Positions 30,162 through 40,694 of a stretch of DNA of 64,000 nt are shown in pieces. The position numbers were made by a program, and so were the translations under genes. Position 1 is the first letter of the stretch. Every line of letters begins with the position of its first letter. The stretch comes from Eubacteriales bacterium. Lineage in GTDB: Bacteria; Bacillota; Clostridia; Lachnospirales; Lachnospiraceae. The stretch covers positions 1,462 through 65,461 of the forward strand of contig JAUNJN010000002.1 in NCBI GenBank assembly GCA_030533235.1, read 5' to 3'. The notes under the pieces are model-generated. The model was not told the origin of the DNA. It saw nothing but the letters and a program-made list of their open reading frames with translations, and made no database searches.

Positions 30162-31244
30162 CTAATCTGTAGTAAGTTTATCAAAAAAAGGCATAAATGC
30201 AGACGGTAATGCATATGTTTCCTGTAATTTTGCCCGAGTTACCCATACAAAATCTTCATTTCTTGTAAAACAATCAAAATAATATGCTGTCATACGCCAT
30301 TCAACATGCGAAAAAATATGTGTGTAATGAGATTCCATCCAAATGCGGTCCGGTGATACCGACCACTTGGTTGCAATATCTGCAGCCTGCTGCTTTTCAA
30401 AAACTCCTTCAACATGCGGAAACTCCCACAAACCCGACAATAAGCCCTGCTTCGGTCTTTTTCTGATTGCAAGCTCACCGCCGCACCGAAGGACAAACAC
30501 TGTCATATCGACAATCTTCCGTTTCTTTTTCGGCGAACGGACAGGCAGGTTTTTCCATTCCATGTTAGACCTGCTCTCACAGATTGAGGCAAGCGGACAT
30601 ATTTCACAATGTGGTGCTCCATTCGGTACACAGACGGTTGCTCCGAGTTCCATCAAACTCTGTGTTGCAAGTCTGCAGCATCCTTTTTTATATGCACCTG
30701 CCAGACGCTTCGTCACATCATTCTTGACTGCCTGCCTGTCTATATTTTCCTTATATGCCATCACACGCGCATACACCCGAAGAACATTCCCATCGACCGC
30801 AGGTGTCGAAAGCTCAAAGCATGTTGAGCCGATTGCACCTGCCGTATAATTTCCGATTCCGGGTAAAGCACGAATTTCTTCATAACTATCCGGAAATACG
30901 CCACCGTATCGTTCCACAATCTGTCCGGCCGCTTTTTTTAAATTTCTGGCGCGATTATAATAACCGAGTCCCTGCCAGAGTTTTAACAAAAGCTCTTCAT
31001 CCACCGAGGCCAGATCGCCAATCGTAGGCAAACATTCGAGGAATCTCTTATAGTACTCCTTTACGGCTTCCACACGCGTCTGCTGAAGCATGATTTCCGA
31101 TATCCAGACATGATATGGATCAATGTCCATTCTCCATGGCAAATCTCTTGCCGCCTTTGGATACCACTCATACAAAAGAGACAGCATGTTTTCTATTTTC
31201 TGTTCATCTGTTTTTATGTTCATATTATACATCCGTTGAGACAT
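30162..31244 (-). CDS. mutY: A/G-specific adenine glycosylase
   Basis: RDLPWR, SEIMLQQT, WQGLGYY, LPGIGNYTA, VDGNV, Fe-S Cys cluster, HIFSH. Confidence 0.95.
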   Translation of the reverse strand: MSQRMYNMNIKTDEQKIENMLSLLYEWYPKAARDLPWRMDIDPYHVWISEIMLQQTRVEAVKEYYKRFLECLPTIGDLASVDEELLLKLWQGLGYYNRARNLKKAAGQIVERYGGVFPDSYEEIRALPGIGNYTAGAIGSTCFELSTPAVDGNVLRVYARVMAYKENIDRQAVKNDVTKRLAGAYKKGCCRLATQSLMELGATVCVPNGAPHCEICPLASICESRSNMEWKNLPVRSPKKKRKIVDMTVFVLRCGGELAIRKRPKQGLLSGLWEFPHVEGVFEKQQAADIATKWSVSPDRIWMESHYTHIFSHVEWRMTAYYFDCFTRNEDFVWVTRAKLQETYALPSAFMPFFDKLTTD

Positions 31245-31373
31245 TTTCTATAAGTCATTTTATCACATTTCAAATTCTGTTTCAATAAATCCTGATTCTA
31301 TGCTATAATCATTTCAATCTCACGAATATTAATATGATATTCGGCGAATAAAATATCACATACGAGGATCAAA

Positions 31374-32750
31374 ATGGATACACTGCAGTTAAAAAATGAA
31401 AAAAAAGAATTTTATCAAAAAATATTTAAGCTCGTTCTTCCGATGATTATTCAAAACATCCTAAGTGCGGCCATAAGCTCTGCAGATGTTATTATGTTAA
31501 ATTATACCGGTCAGGATTCCATATCGGCAGTATCATTAGCATCTCAGTATGCATCGATTCTGTTTTCGGTATTTTACGGACTGAGCACCGGTGTCACTAT
31601 GCTTTGCTCACAATATTTCGGCAAGGGTGACTTTCATGCTATACAGGTTATCGAAGGGATTGCACTTCGTTTTTCCATGTCAAGCGGTATTTTCTTTGCA
31701 ACACTTGCTCTTTTTATCCCGGACAAGCTGATGCATATTTTTACTAACAATACCTCCTTAATTTCCATTGGAGCTTCCTACATCCGCTGTATGAGTGTTG
31801 CCTATTTGTGTTGGGGAATCATCGAAGTGTATCTGTCAATTTTGCGCAGCTGCAATCGTGTCGCGATCTGTACGGTACTTAGCTCAATGGCATTTATTCT
31901 AAATGTTATTCTAAATGCTGTTTTTATCTTTGGCTTATTCGGTGCTCCAAAGCTCGGCGCAACCGGTGTCGCAATTGCGACCTCAGCTTCACGTCTCGCA
32001 GAATTGCTTGGATGTATGATTGTCTCCGCACGTTCCAATCAGGTAAAGCTAAAGCTACGTTATATGTTTATTCGCAACAAAGCATTGTTTTCGGATTTTA
32101 TCCGTCTGTCGCTTCCGGCATTATTAAATGATATCGTCTGGGGCGTTGCATTCTCCATGTACTCTGTTATCATCGGACATATGGGTTCCGATGCCGTAGC
32201 CGCGAATTCATTTGTAGTCGTCGTACGAAACTTCGGAACTATCTTCTGCTACGGAATTGCAAGTGCCGGCACAATTTTACTCGGAAACGTATTGGGCGAG
32301 GGCAAACTGCGTCAGGCAAAGGATGACGGAAAACGACTGATGAAGCTTACGGTCATTTCGGGTATATTGGGGGGACTTGTCGTACTTGCTATCATCCCGA
32401 TTGTCATGCGTTTTGCCTCAAACAGCTTGTCTGACACAGCATTGCACTATCTAAAATATATGTTGCTTATCAACACCTATTATATTACAGGCACTGCCGT
32501 CAATACAACGTTAATTGCAGGTGTTTTTCGTGCGGGCGGTGACAGTCGTTTTGGGTTCATTTGCGACACAATTGATATGTGGTGCTATGCCGTCCCGCTT
32601 GGATTTATTTCCGCGTTTGTGCTAAAGCTTCCGGTTCTTGTCGTATACTTTTTGCTTTGCACCGATGAATTCGTCAAATGGCCATGGGTGCTCAAGCATT
32701 ATCGAAGCGGAAAATGGGTGCAAAACATTACACGTGACAATTTATTTTAA
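31374..32750 (+). CDS. MATE family efflux transporter
   Basis: 12-TM pattern; SQYFGKG, PKLGATGVAIAT, FRAGGD. Confidence 0.9.
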   Translation: MDTLQLKNEKKEFYQKIFKLVLPMIIQNILSAAISSADVIMLNYTGQDSISAVSLASQYASILFSVFYGLSTGVTMLCSQYFGKGDFHAIQVIEGIALRFSMSSGIFFATLALFIPDKLMHIFTNNTSLISIGASYIRCMSVAYLCWGIIEVYLSILRSCNRVAICTVLSSMAFILNVILNAVFIFGLFGAPKLGATGVAIATSASRLAELLGCMIVSARSNQVKLKLRYMFIRNKALFSDFIRLSLPALLNDIVWGVAFSMYSVIIGHMGSDAVAANSFVVVVRNFGTIFCYGIASAGTILLGNVLGEGKLRQAKDDGKRLMKLTVISGILGGLVVLAIIPIVMRFASNSLSDTALHYLKYMLLINTYYITGTAVNTTLIAGVFRAGGDSRFGFICDTIDMWCYAVPLGFISAFVLKLPVLVVYFLLCTDEFVKWPWVLKHYRSGKWVQNITRDNLF

Positions 32751-32789
32751 AACAATCTTCCCCGCACAAACCACACGTAGAAACCCTAT

Positions 32790-32820
32790 AAAAAAAAACA
32801 GGCGTCACCCGGTGACGCCT
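32790..32820 (-). terminator. Terminator hairpin overlapping the tcdA stop
   Basis: AGGCGTCACC-C-GGTGACGCCT palindrome followed by a T9 run on the minus strand. Confidence 0.65.
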
Positions 32821-33512
32821 ATTAAATCTCTTATAACCTCTCCTGCAATCATCAGACCGGCCACCGATGGAACAAAGGAAACACTCCCCGGCACCGGACG
32901 TCTTCCGGTACCGTCCTCCGGTACAGAAATCGCCTGTTCGGTTGAATATACAACCTTCAATTTTTTAACCTTTCTTGCTTTTAATTCCTTGCGCATAACT
33001 TTTGCCAGCGGACACATCGAAGTCTTATAAATATCTGATACGAGCAGTTTCTTCGGATCCAGCTTGTTTCCGGTTCCCATAGAACTAATCACCGGCGTAC
33101 CACAAGCCTTCGCTTTTACAATAATGTCGATTTTTGCCGTAACCGTATCGATGGCATCCACCACATAATCATACCTTGAAAAATCAAACGTATCTGCACA
33201 TTCCGGCAAATAAAAGCATTTTCGCACTTCAACCTCTGCCTTGGGATTGATATCAAGAATACGTTCACGCATAACCAAAACCTTATCCATACCAATCGTA
33301 CGATGCGTCGCAATCAACTGTCGATTTAGATTACTTTCACTGACCGTGTCATTATCTACCAACAAAAAATGTCCGATTCCGCACCTTGCAAGTGCTTCTG
33401 CCACATACGAGCCGACGCCACCGATTCCGAACACTATGATTCGTGATTCTGACAATATTTGCATATTTGATTGTCCAATGAGCCGCTCTGTACGCGAAAA
33501 AGCTTCCTCCAT
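32805..33512 (-). CDS. tcdA: tRNA threonylcarbamoyladenosine dehydratase (ThiF/E1-like)
   Basis: GIGGVGS, SNLNRQ, DAID, SMGTGNKLDP, CPLAKVMRK. Confidence 0.88.
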   Translation of the reverse strand: MEEAFSRTERLIGQSNMQILSESRIIVFGIGGVGSYVAEALARCGIGHFLLVDNDTVSESNLNRQLIATHRTIGMDKVLVMRERILDINPKAEVEVRKCFYLPECADTFDFSRYDYVVDAIDTVTAKIDIIVKAKACGTPVISSMGTGNKLDPKKLLVSDIYKTSMCPLAKVMRKELKARKVKKLKVVYSTEQAISVPEDGTGRRPVPGSVSFVPSVAGLMIAGEVIRDLIGVTG

Positions 33513-33524
33513 TTGTATAACCCC

Positions 33525-33812
33525 TTAAAAATTGATATTGACAAAGCTGGCTTCTTCTTCCTCGCGATCGCGAAGTGTTAAGCTTTGTAAACGGCGAACT
33601 GCCTCATCAATCTGCTCGCGCATGCCCTCGGTTGTTCCTGTCAGTTCCCCATAATTCAAGTATCCAAGTACAAGAAGCATTTCGGATTCACTGTCTGTAT
33701 AATATCCTGTTCCCTCCTGATGCATATCTCCTGTGTTTTTTACAAGCTCCAATGTCTTATTCGGAAGTGTTCGGTAATCCCATGAGCCTACCGGTCTTGA
33801 TTCCCCTAACAT
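33525..33812 (-). CDS. Hypothetical acidic protein, 95 aa
   Basis: Strong AAGGAGGA RBS; fills the dtd-tcdA gap. Confidence 0.65.
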   Translation of the reverse strand: MLGESRPVGSWDYRTLPNKTLELVKNTGDMHQEGTGYYTDSESEMLLVLGYLNYGELTGTTEGMREQIDEAVRRLQSLTLRDREEEEASFVNINF

Positions 33813-33831
33813 ATTAATTCCTCCTTTATTA

Positions 33832-34281
33832 TTATATTAAGTCTTTACTGTCCAGTAAAATTGTAAACGGTCCATCGTTCATCAGTGAAACTTTCATGTC
33901 TGCACCGAATATCCCCTGCTTCGTCGAATACCCCTGTTCCATACACTGACTTACAATATAATCATACAGTCCGGAAGCATGCTCCGGTGCTCCCGCATGA
34001 ATAAACGACGGGCGATTTCCCTTTCTGCAATCCGCATAAAGCGTAAACTGTGAAACAAGGAGCAATTCTCCTTGTACATCAGATAAAGATTTATTTGTCT
34101 TACCGTTTTCATCCTCAAAAATCCGAAGACCTAAAAGCTTTCGAATCATTTTATCGGCGATTTCCGTTGTGTCCGCATCCTCAACTCCAATCAAAACCAT
34201 AAATCCTTTTCCGATCGTACCGTGGACAACTCCATCAATTGTAACAGACGCTTCCGTTACACGCTGAATCACGAATCGCAT
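33832..34281 (-). CDS. dtd: D-aminoacyl-tRNA deacylase
   Basis: [31 protein letters not shown]. Confidence 0.96.
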   Translation of the reverse strand: MRFVIQRVTEASVTIDGVVHGTIGKGFMVLIGVEDADTTEIADKMIRKLLGLRIFEDENGKTNKSLSDVQGELLLVSQFTLYADCRKGNRPSFIHAGAPEHASGLYDYIVSQCMEQGYSTKQGIFGADMKVSLMNDGPFTILLDSKDLI

Positions 34282-34405
34282 ATCAAAGCCCTACCTTTCA
34301 TATTACCCGTTTATTATATCAGCTATTGCGTATTTTTGCCAGCAATAATATAATATTTTGCGAAGACAAAGGATAAAATATCAAAAGGAGGAGCATGAAA
34401 ACTCT

Positions 34406-35932
34406 ATGCAAAAAAACAGTCACAAAACAACCGCTCTCATCCTATGCCTGATTTTTCTTTTAGCCATAACAACCGGATGTGGAAAGAAGACGGTATCTGA
34501 TGAAGTAAAACCACTTCGTGTGAACAACGCAGACGAATTGGAAGGCTCTGTAATCGGCGTTCAGCTTGGTACAACCGGCGATATCTACGCATCAGATTAC
34601 GAAGGTGATTCTTCCGGTACACGTATTGAACGATACAACAAGGGAAACGATGCAATACAGGCGTTAAAGCAGGACAAGATTGATGCCGTCATCATCGACG
34701 AAGAACCGGCCCTTGCTTTTGCAGCCGCCAATCCGGAGCTTGTAATCCTTGAAGAAGACTTTGCAAACGAAGATTATGCAATTTGTGTTTCAAAATCGAA
34801 CCCAACGCTTACCGCATCCATCAACCGGGCACTTGATCGGTTAAGTGCAGACGGAACATTAATCTCCATCAAGAAAAATTACACCGGTACTGATGAAGAA
34901 AAAGGAAATTTCCCTTATACAAAAAAGGATATCGACAGACCAAACGGAACACTGATTGTTGCGACCAATGCGACATTTCCCCCATACGAATATTATGCAA
35001 ATGGAGAAATTACAGGTCTTGATATCGACATTATGCAGGCGATTTGTGACGAGCTTGGTATGGAGCTTGTCATTGAGGATATGGAATTTGACTCGATCAT
35101 AAGTGCCGTGTCCTCAGGCAAAGCCGATGCCGGTGCTGCCGGTATGACCGTTACGGAAGATCGTCTCAAAAATATTGACTTTACCAATTCCTACACAAAA
35201 GCCAAACAGGTTATCGTTGTAAAAGATCCAAATGTTGTGATTGAAAAACGAAGCTTTGTCGACAAATTCAAACAAAACTTTGTTGAGGATAACCGTTGGA
35301 TATATTTAGTCAAGGGACTTGGCAATACATTAATTATCACAATCTGTGCTGCAATCATTGGTATTATTTTAGGTTTTATCGTTGCCATCATCCGTTCATG
35401 GCACGACAAACATGGCGGATTATTTATCGCAAACTTTATATGCAGGCTGTATCTGACAATTATTCGCGGAACCCCTGCGATGGTTCAGCTATTAATTATA
35501 TACTATGTAATCTTTGCTCAGGTTTCCGTAAACAAAATTGTTGCTGCCATCATAGCATTTGGTATCAATTCCGGAGCTTATGTTGCAGAGATTGTACGTT
35601 CCGGTATCATGTCCATCGACGCAGGGCAGGAAGAGGCAGGGCGTAGTCTCGGACTTTCCTTTTCTCAAACGATGGTCCACATAATTATGCCGCAGGCATT
35701 CAAAAACATACTTCCTGCATTGGCAAATGAATTTATTGTACTAATCAAAGAAACTTCAATCAGTGGTTATATTGGGCTTGCCGATCTTACGAAGGGCGGC
35801 GACATTATTCGCAGCATTACCTACGAACCGCTGTTACCATTGCTTGCCATCGCATGTATTTATCTGTTCCTGGTCGTTATATTAACTGCCGGTGTCAATC
35901 GATTAGAACGGAGGTTACGAAATGGAAAATAA
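34406..35932 (+). CDS. Polar amino-acid ABC transporter, fused substrate-binding/permease lipoprotein
   Basis: Lipobox TTGC, SBP motifs ([16 protein letters not shown]), permease IRGTP and [11 protein letters not shown]; start uncertain. Confidence 0.88.
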   Translation: MQKNSHKTTALILCLIFLLAITTGCGKKTVSDEVKPLRVNNADELEGSVIGVQLGTTGDIYASDYEGDSSGTRIERYNKGNDAIQALKQDKIDAVIIDEEPALAFAAANPELVILEEDFANEDYAICVSKSNPTLTASINRALDRLSADGTLISIKKNYTGTDEEKGNFPYTKKDIDRPNGTLIVATNATFPPYEYYANGEITGLDIDIMQAICDELGMELVIEDMEFDSIISAVSSGKADAGAAGMTVTEDRLKNIDFTNSYTKAKQVIVVKDPNVVIEKRSFVDKFKQNFVEDNRWIYLVKGLGNTLIITICAAIIGIILGFIVAIIRSWHDKHGGLFIANFICRLYLTIIRGTPAMVQLLIIYYVIFAQVSVNKIVAAIIAFGINSGAYVAEIVRSGIMSIDAGQEEAGRSLGLSFSQTMVHIIMPQAFKNILPALANEFIVLIKETSISGYIGLADLTKGGDIIRSITYEPLLPLLAIACIYLFLVVILTAGVNRLERRLRNGK

Positions 35933-36662
35933 TCAAACACTGTTAAAAATCTCCGGTCTGACCAAAAACTTCGGAGATATGCAAGTATTACGCGGCATTG
36001 ATACAACCGTACAAAAAGGCGATGTTATCGCGATCCTTGGTCCGTCCGGATGTGGCAAATCAACATTTTTACGCTCTGTAAATTTATTGGAGATTCCATC
36101 TTCGGGAATGATTGAATTCGAAGGTGTAAACATTACGGATCCATCCGTAGATGTGAATAAGATGCGCGAAAAAATCGGAATGGTTTTCCAACAGTTTAAC
36201 CTGTTTCCAAATATGACCGTAAAAGAAAACATTACGCTCGCGCCAATCAAAACCGGAAAGCTGTCTCCAAAGGAAGCATCAGAAAAAGCAGATGAACTTC
36301 TTGCTCGTGTCGGCTTATCCGACAAAGCAGATGTTTATCCATCCACCCTATCCGGTGGTCAGAAGCAACGTATTGCCATTGCCCGCGCTCTCGCCATGCA
36401 ACCTGACATCATGCTCTTTGACGAACCAACCTCCGCCTTAGATCCCGAAATGGTAGGTGAAGTATTGTCGCTCATGAAGCAGCTTGCAGAGGAAGGTATG
36501 ACAATGATGATTGTCACACACGAAATGGGATTTGCAAGAGAAGTATCCAATCGTGTCATGTTTATCCACGAGGGGGTAATTGCAGAAGAAAACAATCCAA
36601 AAGAGTTTTTTGAAAACCCGGTCAATCCGAGACTGAAAGAGTTTCTTTCAAAGGTATTATAA
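35922..36662 (+). CDS. Polar amino-acid ABC transporter ATPase (GlnQ-like)
   Basis: [37 protein letters not shown]. Confidence 0.93.
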   Translation: MENNQTLLKISGLTKNFGDMQVLRGIDTTVQKGDVIAILGPSGCGKSTFLRSVNLLEIPSSGMIEFEGVNITDPSVDVNKMREKIGMVFQQFNLFPNMTVKENITLAPIKTGKLSPKEASEKADELLARVGLSDKADVYPSTLSGGQKQRIAIARALAMQPDIMLFDEPTSALDPEMVGEVLSLMKQLAEEGMTMMIVTHEMGFAREVSNRVMFIHEGVIAEENNPKEFFENPVNPRLKEFLSKVL

Positions 36663-36671
36663 CTATGCAGA

Positions 36672-36712
36672 CAAAAAGAACGCCCTTGCAATCCTATAGG
36701 GCGTTCTTTTTG
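36672..36712. terminator. Bidirectional terminator
   Basis: CAAAAAGAACGCCCT/AGGGCGTTCTTTTTG. Confidence 0.8.
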
Positions 36713-36729
36713 CTTAAACCAATAACACT

Positions 36730-37272
36730 TTAGCCAAAATATCTCTTAAGTAATCCTTCGAATGCTTTGCCGTGTCTAGCCTCGTCGCGGGCCATTTCAT
36801 GAACGGTATCGTGAATAGCATCAAGTCCAAGCTCTTTTGCTTTCTTTGCAATCGCCATCTTTCCTGCCGTTGCTCCACACTCAGCCTCAACACGCATCTC
36901 AAGATTTTTCTTTGTAGAATCCGTAACTACCTCGCCGAGAAGCTCTGCAAATTTTGCAGCATGCTCTGCCTCTTCAAAAGCAGCCTTCTCCCAATAAAGT
37001 CCAATCTCAGGATATCCCTCACGGAAAGCTACTCTTGACATTGCAAGATACATACCTACCTCTGAGCACTCCCCATTAAAGTTGTCACGAAGTCCCTGAA
37101 CAATCTCAGGATCCACTCCCTGTGCACAGCCTAATACATGTTCAGCCTCCCAAACACGCTCATCACTCTCAACTTTATTAAACTTTGACGCCGGTACTCC
37201 ACACTGTGGACACTTCTCCGGTGCAGCATCTCCTTCGTGAACATATCCACATACGCTACATACATATTTCAT
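36730..37272 (-). CDS. Reverse rubrerythrin (NADH peroxidase)
   Basis: N-terminal rubredoxin CSVCGY..CPQCG; diiron GECSE, EEAEH, DEARH; start moved to ATG 37272. Confidence 0.93.
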   Translation of the reverse strand: MKYVCSVCGYVHEGDAAPEKCPQCGVPASKFNKVESDERVWEAEHVLGCAQGVDPEIVQGLRDNFNGECSEVGMYLAMSRVAFREGYPEIGLYWEKAAFEEAEHAAKFAELLGEVVTDSTKKNLEMRVEAECGATAGKMAIAKKAKELGLDAIHDTVHEMARDEARHGKAFEGLLKRYFG

Positions 37273-37307
37273 TGTCTTGTCCCCTTTCATTTTCTGAATT
37301 ACATTCA

Positions 37308-37330
37308 ATAATAGTAATCATTACTATTAT
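37308..37330. promoter_or_regulatory. PerR/Fur-type operator
   Basis: Perfect 11-1-11 palindrome ATAATAGTAAT-C-ATTACTATTAT just downstream of the promoter. Confidence 0.75.
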
Positions 37331-37337
37331 CGAGTTA

Positions 37338-37366
37338 ACTATAACATGCTGTCCTAAGTTTGTCAA
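37338..37366 (-). promoter_or_regulatory. Sigma-A promoter of reverse rubrerythrin
   Basis: TTGACA-N17-TATAGT with TG extended -10. Confidence 0.75.
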
Positions 37367-37392
37367 ACAGTATTTTTGATTCGACAAAAAAA

Positions 37393-38757
37393 TTATCCCA
37401 TTAAATTGCTGACAATTTCATTAAGATGCATCCCATGTGAGCCTTTAATCAGCACAACATCCTCCGGCATCATAACAGACATCAGATAAAGTGCAACCTC
37501 TCCGTTATCCTTAAAGCTATAGCATTTGATGGATGAATTCGCATCCTGAAGCGCCTTCATGATATTTTGTGCAAGCTCACCAACCACAACAAGTGCGTCG
37601 ATCTTTTTTCCGACCATATACTGACCAATCTCATAATGATACTTCTCGCTATCCGTTCCAAGCTCAAACATATCTCCGAACACGGCAATCTTCTGCCCGC
37701 TGTCCGGTAAATCCGAGAGAACGTCGATACTTGCCCGCATTGAGTCCGGGCTTGCATTATATGTATCATCAATAATTGTGTACTTCCCGGGTATCTGCAA
37801 TAATCTCTGGCGAAGCCCCTGAAATGTTTCATAGCTTCGTGCTGCTTTTATTATATCAAGTCCCATATAATCAGCAATTGCCATACCTGCCAGAGAATTG
37901 CTCACATTATGTCTGCCCAAGGCATTGATTGTAACCGTAACCTTCTTATCTCCATGTACATAATCATATACATACCGATAATGCTCCATGTGAATATTTT
38001 CCGCACGATACTCGCACCATGGTTCTGTGCCATAATAAAATGTCTGAACCGGAATATCACCTCGCACGTCAGCAAGCATTTTATCATCACCGTTTAAAAA
38101 CAGCACACCATCCGAACTCATATGATTTATGATTTCCAATTTTTCTTTTCGGATATTTTCCCTCGTATGGAAATGCTCCATATGTGCCACACCAATCATA
38201 GTAACAACCGCAATTTGCGGCTTAATCAGTCTCGACAAAATCTCCATTTCACCCGGCTGTCCGATCCCTGCTTCAAGTACAGCGACCTCTGCACCTTCGG
38301 TTGCTCTTGCCAACGTGAGCGGAACCCCAAATGTGGAATTTAAATTACCACTTGTCTGGTAGACGTTCCGGCTACTGCCAAGCGCGGTTGCAATCATTTC
38401 ACGTGTTGTTGTCTTCCCGACACTTCCGGTAACTCCGATAAACAAAATATCATAAAACTCTCTTAAAAAATAGCCAATTTCATGGAGTGCTCTCTCCGTA
38501 TCCGCAACCTGAATGTATGGCTTATCGGCAATCACAACGCCCTTATGTCTGGATGTAAGAGTTGCCGCACCGATCTCCAATGCTTTTTCAATATATTTAT
38601 GAGCATCCTGGTTGTTTCCGATAATCGGAACAAACAAGTCTCCCTGCTTTATTTCTCTTGAATCCAAACATAAATCTGTAATTATCGTATCCGGATCACC
38701 GCATAATAATATTCCGTTTACAGCCTTCACAATGTCTTTTACTTTTATTCGAATCAC
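37393..38757 (-). CDS. murF: UDP-MurNAc-tripeptide:D-Ala-D-Ala ligase
   Basis: DSR, GVTGSVGKTTT, DDTYNASPDS, GDMFELG, LIKGS. Confidence 0.93.
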   Translation of the reverse strand: MIRIKVKDIVKAVNGILLCGDPDTIITDLCLDSREIKQGDLFVPIIGNNQDAHKYIEKALEIGAATLTSRHKGVVIADKPYIQVADTERALHEIGYFLREFYDILFIGVTGSVGKTTTREMIATALGSSRNVYQTSGNLNSTFGVPLTLARATEGAEVAVLEAGIGQPGEMEILSRLIKPQIAVVTMIGVAHMEHFHTRENIRKEKLEIINHMSSDGVLFLNGDDKMLADVRGDIPVQTFYYGTEPWCEYRAENIHMEHYRYVYDYVHGDKKVTVTINALGRHNVSNSLAGMAIADYMGLDIIKAARSYETFQGLRQRLLQIPGKYTIIDDTYNASPDSMRASIDVLSDLPDSGQKIAVFGDMFELGTDSEKYHYEIGQYMVGKKIDALVVVGELAQNIMKALQDANSSIKCYSFKDNGEVALYLMSVMMPEDVVLIKGSHGMHLNEIVSNLMG

Positions 38758-38769
38758 AACATAAACTCC

Positions 38770-39327
38770 TTATATATCAAAATCTGCATCATATACTATC
38801 TTATGCGCAAGTGACTGTGCTGTTTCTGCATCCGTCAGTATGCCTACAAGCGCAAGGCTAAATGAAATTGCCGTACCGACACCTCTGCTTGTAATGAGAC
38901 GACCGTCAATTACAACACTGTCTAAAAGCGGTGTTGCCCCCTTTAGCCCATCTTCCATATCCGGATAGCATGTAGCCATGCGACCTTCCAAAAGTCCAAG
39001 CTCACCATAAACTGTCGGTGCCGCACATATAGCAGCAAGATATTTTCCGGCCTCATCATATCGCCGAATCATCGCAATAAGACCATCATGCTGCTTAAGA
39101 TTCTTTGTGCCCGGTCCTCCCGGTAAAACAAGCATATCCGCATCATCATCCAAATCCTCAAATAGCTTATCCATCTGTACCGATATCCCATGAGAACCTG
39201 TCACCATAAGCTCTCCGGTTACAGATACCATTGTAGTTTCTATATTGGCTCTGCGAAGTAAATCTACTACCGTTAATGCCTCAACCTCCTCAAAACCATT
39301 TGTAAAAAATATATTTACTTTACTCAT
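38770..39327 (-). CDS. DJ-1/PfpI (YajL/ThiJ-like) protein
   Basis: GFEEVEA, LPGG, AICAAP, TSRGVGT. Confidence 0.9.
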   Translation of the reverse strand: MSKVNIFFTNGFEEVEALTVVDLLRRANIETTMVSVTGELMVTGSHGISVQMDKLFEDLDDDADMLVLPGGPGTKNLKQHDGLIAMIRRYDEAGKYLAAICAAPTVYGELGLLEGRMATCYPDMEDGLKGATPLLDSVVIDGRLITSRGVGTAISFSLALVGILTDAETAQSLAHKIVYDADFDI

Positions 39328-39428
39328 CGTTTTTCCTCCCGTAAAAGGTTTATTTTACTATGTTTTCAGTATATAATATATCTATCAATTCTTCAAGCCG
39401 AAACAGGAACCGGCAGAAAGGAGCCGCT

Positions 39429-39935
39429 ATGGAAATCGAACGCAAATTCATCCCATCCAACATCCCAGCCGAGGTGTTTGATAGTCCTTGTGTATTATTA
39501 GAACAGGCATATATTCAAACAAGTCCCGTGATCCGCGTGCGCAAGAAGGCAACCATCGAAAAAAATCTGCCCGCAAATCCAAACTTTATTCTAACCGTAA
39601 AATCCTCCGGAATGATGGCACGTCAGGAATTTGAGCTTCCTCTTTTACAAAAGGAATACGAGGAACTTCTTCAAAAGGCAAGCGGCAATGTCATTACCAA
39701 AAGGCGTTATCTTCACAAGCTTCCGGACGGTTATTTACTTGAGCTTGATGTGTTTGAAGGGATTTTCAAAGGACTTATCATTGCCGAAATTGAATTCCCG
39801 GATGAAGAAACCGCAAAAAAATATACCCCTCCGACTTATCTTGTCGAAGAGGTAACATTTGACCACCGTTTTCACAACAGCAACCTAAGCAAAATGTCCG
39901 TCGAGGAGATTCACACATTACTCGGCATCCTTTAG
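39429..39935 (+). CDS. CYTH-domain (triphosphate tunnel) protein
   Basis: MEIERKF, RQEFE, KRRY, ELDVF, AEIEF; start moved to ATG 39429. Confidence 0.88.
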   Translation: MEIERKFIPSNIPAEVFDSPCVLLEQAYIQTSPVIRVRKKATIEKNLPANPNFILTVKSSGMMARQEFELPLLQKEYEELLQKASGNVITKRRYLHKLPDGYLLELDVFEGIFKGLIIAEIEFPDEETAKKYTPPTYLVEEVTFDHRFHNSNLSKMSVEEIHTLLGIL

Positions 39936-40694
39936 CATGTATACAACCGATGCCGTAATCATTCGAATTGAAATAAATATGCAAATTGTCGATACAAAAA
40001 TCTGAGGAATCAGACCAAGTGCCGCATTAAAATTCGAGATAAGCATTCCGAGCGTCTGTCCGTAAAAACATATCATAAACACCTGTCCAAAGGAAAGCCC
40101 CAGGTTTTTTTCTTTGTTGATTTTGTTGATATACAGTCCCATTACAAGAGAAAACAATCCGTACTTTAAAAAGAAACCAAGACACGTAAAAAGGAATACC
40201 ATAACGAGGTATCCATATATAAACGGAATGAGTCTCAGCAACGTATTGCAACTAAAGCCTTCCCCTAACAAATCCGGAAGATGAATCACCTGATATTGGA
40301 AGCTCTCCCCTGCAAGAGTATAAACAAGCTGTGCTGTCTGACTGCCGACCGCCAAGTAGATACCATCTCTCTTAAGCTCTTCTCCGCCAACCGATGCCTC
40401 CTTTGTGTCAATCAGAATTGTCACATCATCTATTTTCATAGTAAAACGATTCGCAAGCGACAATTCCCCATCACGGAATTCCAAAGTGGAAAGTTGTCTG
40501 GAAAACAGCTTTTCAAAGCCTCCAAAGCTTGCAATAAGCGCTCCGGTCGGAACAGCAAAGGTTACGATACCGAGTACAAGGCAAATCACCACAACAAACA
40601 ACTTAAATCTTCCTTTTTTTAATTGAACCAGTTCCTTGTAGGATGCCGGTTTCACCATAGCATTTACAATTTGTTCTGAAAATGTCATAGACAC
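39918..40694 (-). CDS. DUF1189-like membrane protein
   Basis: N-terminal P..Y motif, TM, soluble beta-rich loop, then 3-4 TMs. Confidence 0.55.
   Translation of the reverse strand: MSMTFSEQIVNAMVKPASYKELVQLKKGRFKLFVVVICLVLGIVTFAVPTGALIASFGGFEKLFSRQLSTLEFRDGELSLANRFTMKIDDVTILIDTKEASVGGEELKRDGIYLAVGSQTAQLVYTLAGESFQYQVIHLPDLLGEGFSCNTLLRLIPFIYGYLVMVFLFTCLGFFLKYGLFSLVMGLYINKINKEKNLGLSFGQVFMICFYGQTLGMLISNFNAALGLIPQIFVSTICIFISIRMITASVVYMLKDAE

Noticed and set aside
39918-39935. 18-nt overlap of convergent CYTH and DUF1189-like genes
   Set aside because: Short convergent 3' overlaps are common
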